From NCBI GenBank assembly GCA_964016885.1, contig OZ024741.1, positions 61,938,001 through 62,002,000 on the forward strand: a stretch of 64,000 nt of DNA, written 5' to 3'. Position 1 is the first letter of the stretch, and each line of letters starts with the position of its first letter. The position numbers were made by a program, and so were the translations under genes. The notes under the pieces were generated by a model. It did not search any database, was not told where the DNA came from, and saw only the letters and a list, made by a program, of their open reading frames with translations. Positions 54,564-64,000 of the stretch are shown here, one piece after another. The DNA is from Eledone cirrhosa. Lineage: Eukaryota.

Positions 54564-54729
54564 AATAAGGTAAAATGATATGAGGCCTAAAAACACTTGT
54601 GAACAAGAAAGTGTCCAGTCAACATATGACAAAAATATAAGAGAAGAGAAAATAGGAAAAATGAAGAAAAGGAAAGAAGAAGGAAAAGGGAAGAAAGAAA
54701 TAGAAGAGAGGAATAAAGAAAGAAAGAAG

Positions 54730-54781
<52 letters not shown>

Positions 54782-55180
54782 TTAATCGGGAACGCTGTCA
54801 AAAATTGAAAAAACAGCTGTGAATAACGGCTCAAAAATATAATAATAACAAAAATAAATAAATAAATTGATGAGGTGAATGTGCTAATATACAAATAATA
54901 GATGTCTAGAATAAAGAAACTGGGTATATTATTTAATATTGAGTTTGAATACTAAAAATTGGATTAAGAAGTGTAAAAATGTATTAATAAAATAAAAATG
55001 AAATAAAATAAATTAAAAATTAAATTAAAAATAATTTTAAATAAAAAATAAAATAAAATAAGATAGACTAGAATAAAAAAACAAAAATAAGAATAGTCTA
55101 TCTATGTCAAAATTAAAAATTATTATTAAAAATTTATATATGTTGGGTATAGTATTTGATTATTATTTTATATCAACAAG

Positions 55181-55370
55181 ACAGGTGGTGGATTGGCAGT
55201 ATCGGTAGAGGGTCGGACGCCATGCTTTCCAGCATAGTTACGTCCCTTTATGATCTGAGTTCAAATCCCGCCGAGGTTGACTTTGCCTTTCATCCTTAAT
55301 GGGTCGATAAAATAAAGTACCAGTAATGCACTGGGTAATTGCTGGCCTTGTGCCTAAAGTAGAAACAATG
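55181..55370 (+). mobile_element. Nin/Deu-like SINE with 16-bp TSD, inserted in the Penelope 3' UTR
   Basis: TSD attttatatcaacaag at 55165-55180 and 55371-55386. Confidence 0.9.
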
Positions 55371-56325
55371 ATTTTATATCAACAAGTAAATAAGGAAATT
55401 GCTAGAAAGGTTTATAAATGTAGAAAGACACATGACGTCATAGAAGGTTTGAACGAAATAATTTTTACGTCAATAAAGAAAGAAGTTGAAAGGCTTAATA
55501 ATGCAGAGAAAGGGGGATTAATACATTGTAGAATATAATGAAATATGTGAGAAAAAATGTGTGAAAAGATATATGTGTAAAAATATATGTGTAAAAAAAA
55601 TTGTAACCGTTATTCGTAGAATAAGTAATAGGACATTAGCTGTATACTTTGTGAAAGGTCTTAAAAGATGTATGAATGCAGAGACCAAATAAGTCCGTAC
55701 GTCTAACTATTAAAGAGTTGAAATTCGAGATAATTGTAAATGTTTCAGCTAGACATAAATTACAAACCCTAAAATTAGAAGCATTGGAGTAAGGTGAAGC
55801 GTTGCACATTTTACGCCAAGAGATTTCATAATTAATGTTTTTGTCTTTTAAGGACCAAATAAGTTCTGAGAGTGCGGTGCTGGTCCTTTTAAGAGGATAT
55901 TTAAATGTAGAAGAGTGGTTATAGAGTCTTGCTTTAAAATAAGTAGAAGTAGAGCCAATGTAGGTATATGTATTGGTACCAGTTAGCACTTTACATTCGT
56001 ATATTAGGTTTTTATCGAGACAAAAATTACTAAGAAGTCAATTAGTTCTAATAGGGCAGTTGCATTTACGATTAAGATTATTAACAGAGTTATTTACCAG
56101 TGGCCCAGGATTATTTATAATAGGAACTGGGGTGGTGGAATTAGCTAAAGGAGGTGCTAAAGTTTCTTGATTTACATTACTATTTGAAGCATTCCTCAAA
56201 GATACGTTTGACGTCATATTTATATTTAAGTTATTTTGCCTAGAATTTACATTGACGTCGGGCCTTAGAGTGTTATTATTATGACTCTCATGGTTGGATG
56301 CATATGAGTTATTATTTAATATTTT

Positions 56326-56483
56326 GGCGGTGGATTGGCAGTATCGGTAGAAAGTCGGAGGCCATGCTTTCTGAGTTCAAATCCCATCGAGGTTGACTTT
56401 GCCTTTCATCCTTACGGGGTCGATAAAATAAAGTACCAGTAATGCACTGGGTATTTGCTGGCCTTGTGCCTAAAGTAGAAACA
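56326..56483 (+). mobile_element. Nin/Deu-like SINE with 15-bp TSD, inserted in the Penelope ORF
   Basis: TSD attatttaatatttt at 56311-56325 and 56484-56498; removing it restores the reading frame. Confidence 0.9.
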
Positions 56484-57236
56484 ATTATTTAATATTTTAG
56501 AATTATGTCTTGCGATAATTTTAGAAATGTTGGAAGTAGTGGTATATGAGAATTGAATGGTATGCTTATTGAAAATCTTGCTATAAATATGTGAAGCGGG
56601 GAAGCTGTTATCTAAAGCCCTAAAAAATAATTTACGGATATTACTAATAAAGAGAGAAGGGAGCGTTGTACCAAAGGATATTTTTATATCTCGGTCTCCT
56701 CTTTATGCTACTGGTATGCTTATAACTAGTTACATTACTGTAAGTTCTGCCAAGATTAGTTTCCTTAGTGTATTTAATTTTGTCAGGATATCCAGCCCTA
56801 GATAAGGCATTATTATAATAGTTGATATTAGCATCGAAGATATGTTTATTAGAGGGTAAATTAGAAATTCTTTTTTTAACACTTCTGACTATAGCAGTTT
56901 TAACATTATTAGGGTGATTTGATTTAAAGTTAACATAATTTAGGTTCTCATTATCCTTATGGTATGGGTAATAAAGGCCAGTATTTAGATTAAGGGATAT
57001 ATCGGTGAAATTTGCTAATTTATCATTATTCTCAAATTCTATTTTTAGGTTAAGATGCTCAAATAGTTCAAGTATATTTTTCTTAATAATATTAAAGTTT
57101 ACTTTGTTACAATTTAAGACAGTAAAAAGAGCATCAGCACGATATATTCCACCTCGAAGTTGAGGAATTTTCCGATTGAAAGAGTTCAAGATGAAAATTC
57201 CAACCAAGTCTGTCAATTGACAGCGTTCCCGGTTAA

Positions 57237-57315
<79 letters not shown>

Positions 57316-57549
57316 TATCTCTTTCTAACCCTCTCTTTCGCTCTCTTTATCTTTCTCTTTCTCTTTCTCTTTCTCTTTCTCTCCCCTCCTTCTTTCTTTC
57401 TTTTTTCCTCTGTTCTATTTCTTTTTTCCTTTCTGCTTCTTCTTTCCTTCTCTTCATTTTTCCTATTTTCTCCTCTCTTATATTTTTGTCATATGTTGAC
57501 TGCACACTTTCTTGTTCACAAGTGTTTTTAGGCCTCATGTTACCTTATT

Positions 57550-57611
57550 TTATCTGATGTGAACACAATTTTTATCCCAGGATGATGTTGTTTTCGAAAT
57601 GCGCATAATAA
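57550..57611 (+). ncRNA. Hammerhead motif in the inverted pLTR (A9U core mutation)
   Basis: ttat CTGATGT gaacacaa...ttgttttc GAAA tgcgca TA ataa; palindromic ATGCGCAT. Confidence 0.65.
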
Positions 57612-57992
57612 AATATATTGAACTTTTTTAACCATCTTTTAATTTCTTCTTTATATATACTCCAGTTCTACCAACTGCCGAGTGCTACTTATCTGATATA
57701 TGCATAGTTTTATTGTTCTACAACATTACTCACCTCCTATATAAGCAACAGTGTGTGTGTGTGCATGTACTTGTGTATGGCCGTGTGCATATGATATTAC
57801 GGGTACATCTCTGAAACTAAATCTTTATCAGTGTCGCTGTGGTATATATGCTTATCTACTCGACATTTAACTCTCTAAAAACAAGTCTATGCAAGGTGCC
57901 TAATTACCTATACATGAGGTAATTACTTTTCTTGATGCGTGTTTGTAAGCCTTCTTTACTGCCATATTTCGGTGCATATGTTTGTATGAGTT

Positions 57993-58160
57993 TGGAGGCA
58001 CATGGCTTAGTGATTAGGTTGTTGTTTCACCGTTGTAAGGTTGTGAGTTCGATTCCTGAACAACATTGGCGCGTTCTGTCATTGAACATGACTTTTTATT
58101 TCATGTTGCTCCAGTCCAGCCAGCCTGTCAAAACGCATTGCAGCTTTACTGGTGCCAAGT
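57993..58160 (+). mobile_element. tRNA-derived SINE, diverged
   Basis: ggaggcacatggcttagtgattagg...gtgagttcgattcctg...ttgaacatgactttttatttcatgttgctccag. Confidence 0.75.
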
Positions 58161-59234
58161 TGTACATATATATCATATGTAGTGTATATATAGTCTATCT
58201 ACTGTATCTAATTTGTACATGTAAAGTTTATGTACATGTAAAGTTGAAATACGATTGATTATCAGAAATCATTAAAGGAAATAATGAAATCATTATTTTT
58301 ACTGTTCTTCGATCCATGGTGTTAATCATCACACATAATTTCTGCTTCATTCAATTAAACAATAGTCGAGATGCACAATTCTTTTGAGAAATTCCTGCTT
58401 ACTGCATGCATAAATGTATGCAATCTATGCAGCATTGTATTATAGCTTGAGGACATTCATCACAATGGACGTATCTTCCTTACTGCTTGATACTTTCAAT
58501 TCAACTGTCACGATAATCAATTCTTGACGTTCATCTTCTAGCCATTGCTCAGTCAATACAAAGATCACCAGATATAGTAAATCTGTTTACCCTTTTCCTC
58601 GGTGTAGTCCAGCCGGATGAATAAAACGAGCTACGAAGAAGATGACTGCATTAAATGTACTTAACTCTTTATCTTCAAACGTGTCATAATGACACTCTGG
58701 TTTAATTAAAATATGAATTGCTGGCAAGCCAAAACTCAATGAATGAACATTTACTCCTGATAATGACTTTATAGGAATTCACAAATGACAATATATGCAT
58801 GTCTTCTTTTCTTTAAACTTGCCTATAAAGTTACCCTTCATTATATAATGTTTATGTGTTAACGTTGCAATTTGATATAGTTTATGTACTATAAACACAG
58901 CCGTCAAGCATACGATATATACGAGTCTGATTCCCATGGGTGATATAGGCCAACTTTCTTCCGGGGATTTATATACCAAACTTGTTCGATTATCTTATAA
59001 TTAAACTTACATTGTAGCAGCTTATAATCAGTTAACATACTTTCAAAATTGTAATTAAATTTACTTGTCTATTGTTAATAGTTTAGAGGAGGCGGTGTTA
59101 TAGATAGCTGCATAGTAATAGCCAGCTCTATAGACCAGATGTAACTTAAGGGAATCTAGAAAACTACATTTAGTTGAGTCAATAAATGTTAAATCACATT
59201 AACAATGGACAAACTCTCTAGCGTTAATTTTGTG

Positions 59235-59530
59235 AAGGTGCGTGGCTTAGTGTTTATGGTGTACGGCTCATCTATCGTTTTGCTGTCAGTTTGATTCACA
59301 AGAGGGCGTAGAATCTTTTAGCAAGATACTTTATTTCACAATGCTACAGATAACTAATATGGTAAAAATGTGTTTTACCTACAATTCAAATGACCAGTCA
59401 TGTCACATAATGTATCACGCTAAAAATACATGAGAATTGCGTTTAGGATTTGTGGAATACTCAACCAATTGCACATGAATTTCACGAGAAATACTTTTCT
59501 GTTGATAGAACATCTGTAACACTCATCAAT
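59235..59530 (+). mobile_element. tRNA-derived SINE, diverged
   Basis: gaaggtgcgtggcttagtg head, agcaagatactttatttcaca core. Confidence 0.65.
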
Positions 59531-59673
59531 TTAGTTACGTATTTCTTCGTGGATTGTGAATATTGAAGATAGTTTATGATGGGGTCTCAACAAAAATCGA
59601 AACTCGATTCAATCAGTTCACCCTCTTTGAACTACAGAGAAATAAGTAAATATACTGTTTCACACACACACAA

Positions 59674-59769
<96 letters not shown>

Positions 59770-59771
<2 letters not shown>

Positions 59772-60062
59772 TGCGTGGTCCCGTAACTCCTGATAGATCG
59801 TAGGGACGCCGGGGTATTGACATACGGCGTTTCTTGGGCATTTCAAGCCTGGCGGAACCCATCCCTCTCCAGGCCTGAGTAGAGTAGATTTCTTCCTGGA
59901 AGAATCGACCTCAGTACTAGACTGGTACTTTTTTTTTATTGGCCTCGAAAGTTTGTAAAGCAAAGTTGATCTCGGTGGGAATTGAACTCAGAGAGCAGAT
60001 AGCCGAAACGAATACCATAAAGCGTTCTATTCAACGTTTTAACGACTCTGCCCATTTGCTGC
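59770..60062 (-). mobile_element. Nin/Deu-like SINE with an alternative GC-rich tail
   Basis: Minus strand: ggcagagtcgttaaaacg...ctgagttcaattcccaccgagatcaactttgcttt...aagtaccag, then a ~140-bp tail ending in (TG)n. Confidence 0.65.
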
Positions 60063-60766
60063 CTATTGTATTTATATATATATGTGTATGTGTGTGTGTG
60101 TGCGCGAGCGCATGTGCGTCTGTGTCTGTGCCTGTGTGTGTGGGTCTCTGTGTGTGTCTGCCAGTGTGTGCATTGGTTCGCAGACATATTTTGCAGCTTC
60201 GGTTAAATCCTGGAGTATTAAAGCACAGATATTTATAGCCTACTTCAAATGCTTAGCATGTGTTCAATTTTATACATACATACATACATACATACATACA
60301 TACATACATACATACATACATACATACATACATACATACATGGTGGCTGCCAACTCGTTTTCGAGTACGGCCACTACTTTATATCCATGTAGGAGAACTA
60401 CCGATGTGCTGAACGAGTGTGACTTTTTAGTCCAGCCAGCGACTTGAAAACTCTGGTACAAACACTACACTTGTGACAATTATTGACACATAGTGCTGGG
60501 CCCATGGTACCATGTGACGACAAGTGCAGAGAGATCTCCAGATATAAAGCAATGCCTGTGCTGTGAAGCTTTTATAGTGAGCAAAGGCACTGCACAAAGC
60601 CAGTCCCACTCTCTTAACCAAGATGATATTTACCAAAAAGAAGAAAAGGTCAACATCATTGGATACCATCAGGGTTGCAGGTCTTATATCAGAGTTTTCC
60701 TTCTCCTAGAATTCTGCCTTGACAAAGGCTAAGGGGTCATCTCTCATACATACATATATACATACG

Positions 60767-62267
60767 AACGAAATAAGTGAGGGTACCCTTGAGACTGTGA
60801 TAGGAAAACTCCAAGATAAGAAAACACCAGGAAGAGACATGATTGTCGGCTACTGGTACAAAAAACTAATATTCTATCGGAGGTATCTTAATAACCTCTA
60901 CCAACAAGTTCTTAAGGGAGATAGACTTATACCAGAATGGTTGACATTAGCACAAACGTTACTGGTCCCCAAAAACAAAGACACCCACTAGGCAAATAAC
61001 TACCGAATCATTGCATGCCAGAACTGTGGACGATCTGAAACTCTATGCCAAGAACATGAATGGGATGAAGAAAAATATTGACCTGGTTACAACGTACTCA
61101 AAGGATATAGGAATGGAGTTTGGCCAAGATAAATGCTCATACATGACTGTAAAGCGTGGAAAAACAACAACCCAATCTAGCAACATTGTCATCAATGGCT
61201 TAACTATTTCACCAATATCTGATGAGGACTGCTACAGATACCTGGGGATAGAAGAGAAAATATCCTATAATGGGATCTGTAATAAAGAACGCGTAACCAG
61301 GGAATACTACACCCGATTAAGAAAGATCTGGTCATCGGAACTCTCTGCGCAAAACAAAACAGTGGCTCACAATGTGTTTGCTGTGCCTGTCCTAACACCG
61401 ACCTTTGGAATACTCAATTGGACGATAGATGAAATCCGAACAGTTGATGTTGGAACTCGAAAAATACTGAACAACACCGGAAACTTCCACATCAACAGTG
61501 ACATAGACCGCCTTTACTTGAAACGTAAGCAGGGAGGCAGAGGCCTAACATCAGTCAAACAACATTTGATGTCGCATCATATCTCTTCGACAACATCTAC
61601 GAACCTCGAAGCGTAGGAGCCCGTTTCTCGAGCAAGTCTATCTGCATGAAACAGATAAGATCATGAGAGTTGGGAAGGAACTCCTTGAGAAAAATTCCCT
61701 GTGTGATAATCAAAAACTCACACCCAGAGATGTCGCTCAGCAGTATCGCAGTGAATCCATGGATGAAAAACTACATGCCTATCAGCAAAAAATCATGCAT
61801 GGATATGTTGCCAGGAAGCTCCAGAGTGAGAGTAATATAGATAAGGAAAGTAGTCTATCTTTGAGCAACAACCGCTATATTGGCTCCCACTTTGAAGGAT
61901 ACGCTTTTGCAATCCAGGAACAGGAGATTAGCATGAAATACCTGATTCACAAAAGAGATAGGGATGCAGGAAAAACACTTAGATGTCATAACAAGAGCAG
62001 ACTCTGCAGAACTAACATCAAGGATACCATCCATGTCCTCAGCAGCTGTCCAAAGATGTCATCGCGGTACTATCTACCTATGAGGCATGATGTAGTGGCC
62101 AAAACACTGTACAATTCAGTTCGTAAAAAAGATAGCCCCGAAAATAAACACATTAAAAGCTACAACAATGTGGAAGACATCCATATACATAATATGAAAG
62201 AGTACTGGTGGAATGTTCCAGTAAAAACCCCAATAAAATGCAGGCATAACAGACCAGATATTATGAT
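60767..62267 (+). pseudogene. R4/Dong-like non-LTR retrotransposon relic (RT + CCHC + restriction-like endonuclease start)
   Basis: KTPGRD, DDLKLY, DIGMEFGQDKC, YRYLG, IDRLYLKRKQGGRGL, FAIQEQ, RLC...HVLSSC, RHD, RPDI; stops, frameshifts and an internal deletion. Confidence 0.88.
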
Positions 62268-62412
62268 AGAGATCGCTACCCGCTTGTATTCACGTTATTC
62301 GATCACCAAATCAAAGTTATAAACAGTCAATTCATCGGAGCTTGTGTGAATTGACTGGTTATAACTTTTTATTGGTGATCGAATATCGTGAAAACAAGCG
62401 AGTAGCGATCTC
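62268..62412. repeat. Imperfect palindrome of a hammerhead-bearing pLTR family (related to 39760-39905)
   Basis: agagatcgctac...ttataaacagtcaattca / tgaattgactggttataac...gtagcgatctct; minus-strand gct CCGATGA; downstream gaatcaattgtc. Confidence 0.7.
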
Positions 62413-62499
62413 TAAACCTACCAGTTCAGAGAATCAATTGTCGGCAATGAGATTAAAAACCTTTTTTGTATAGCAAACCGTGTCACTCTTCTTTCGTGA

Positions 62500-63866
62500 T
62501 ATATATAAAATAACAGGTTAAAGTTTAAGCAAATAATCGTTGCTTTCACCCTTAACGGGATCTTCTGAAACTAACAAAGTTAATCTATAAACGCAGAACT
62601 GGATATTTCAAAAAACGTTGCAACCGGAGGAAGACAGGAAGACGATACTTTGGTTCATGGTGACGTTCGCGGGCAAAGAACGGGAAAAAACGAATAATAT
62701 GTCATTAATAGGAGCGGTGAAAAACAATTACGCGCAAAGACAGAACCACGTTTATGGTATAAAAGAAGTCGTAGACTAATGTTCTCTTAGGTGGTGCATA
62801 GAGACGTTCTCTGGCAATGAACGAAAAAACGAAGATAATACGTCATATGTGGAGCGTGGAGAACAATAGCACGCAAAGACAAAACCACGTAAATGGTATA
62901 GCAGAAGTCGTAGACTAAAATTCTAACTAGGAGACTAATGAATCTCCGCTACAGAGTTAAGAACAAGTAAATAAATACAATACAGAAGTAATAGAAATAA
63001 ATAAATACATACACGCAAACAAATACGTACATACACAAGCATACGCAAAACCTTACCATAGGTATACAAAACCACGCACATATAAATATCTGTGTGTGTG
63101 TATGCGCGTATACAAATAAATAAATAATTATATAAACGTATATAAATAAATACGTATATAACAAGCGCACACACATACCTACATATAAATACACGAATGT
63201 TCGGAGTCAGCCAAAACATGAAGTACACATATACACACACCCACCATACGTACGAACCCGCATACTCACACAGACGCAAAACTCCCGTATACACATAGCC
63301 AAACAATATGTACCAGAATATATAAAATTATACGCCAAAACAATCAAATATACGTATGAGAAGGTATACGTACCTTCACAAAAGAAACGGGTAATACATA
63401 CTTACCTATGCAAATAAGTAAAGGAATAAACAAAACATATACTTAGCTCCCACATCAAGACGTAAAATATCCACGTATAGATCGTACTATTCTTTAGGGT
63501 ATAAAGTGGGGCTGTAATACAGGACATTTTTGTGCAATTTATGTTTACAAGCCGAAATTGCCTCAGATTTGTTGTTTAAGATGTGGTCTGTGGCGTAGAG
63601 TATTTCCAGGGCCTCAGCGGCGCAGAGGTCACGTGGTCTTTTATTTCCGTTATACGATCTAGCCCTAGCTAGGATCTCCCAGTGTAACTTATATTGGGTG
63701 TGGTTGTCTTTTAGACTCCAGATATAAGCTGAAAGTGACGTCATATTCCTTCTTAGAGGGTAACGAAAAGAATGGTTATGCATGTAAAGTCGTTGCTTGA
63801 AACTGTTGGCGGTTAACTCTATGTAGGCCCTACGGGACGTGGGTGTTACAACCTTACATTTGTAGT
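62500..63866 (-). mobile_element. Penelope-like 3' relic: GIY-YIG fragment, 3' UTR and degenerate hammerhead (62539-62571)
   Basis: YKCKVV...YIELTANSFKQRLYMHNHSF...TSLSAYIWSLKD...WEILARARSY...DLCAAE; cagaaga t-ccc-gttaa-ggg-t gaaa. Confidence 0.82.
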
Positions 63867-63894
63867 TGGATTTTAGTCTTCAAATTTATTATTA

Positions 63895-63951
<57 letters not shown>

Positions 63952-64000
63952 ATACTTGGGGAGGGTCATATTTGTGTAATATTGCCAGAATTAATAACAG

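Larger units (their letters stand above)
54461..57657 (-). mobile_element. 5'-truncated Penelope-like element (RT C-terminal half + GIY-YIG) with inverted upstream pLTR
   Basis: Minus strand: DLVGIFIL...GIYRADAL, FTDISLNL, YHKDN, WYNAPFS, KIFNKHTIQFSY, CNC, IYECKV...YIGST...FKARLYNH...CNLCLAE; inverted repeats 54461-54800 and 57217-57657. Confidence 0.92.

Overview
AT-rich, repeat-dense animal genomic DNA. The SINE/LINE/Penelope repertoire and microsatellites suggest a cephalopod such as Octopus (inference). There is no complete host gene, only one plausible internal exon (27075-27300). Most long ORFs in the track are read-throughs of three minisatellites (34 bp, ~10.3 kb; 48 bp, ~3.2 kb; 36 bp, ~1.4 kb) or of microsatellites. 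Recognisable elements are RTE-clade LINEs (one with an open RT ORF carrying an internal PHD finger), an R4/Dong-like RLE LINE relic, three Penelope-like (RT/GIY-YIG) relics, tRNA-derived SINEs of two families, non-autonomous Helitrons, TTAA-flanked MITEs and a 200-N gap. The main hidden signal is about a dozen minimal type-I hammerhead ribozyme motifs plus relics, read by eye. They belong to several unrelated families, all have a self-complementary stem III, and many sit as divergent pairs in long palindromes or inverted repeats next to (TA)n tracts. This points to a set of fold-back, ribozyme-bearing Penelope pseudo-LTR derivatives with non-canonical cores. All calls are by eye; no searches or folding programs were run.
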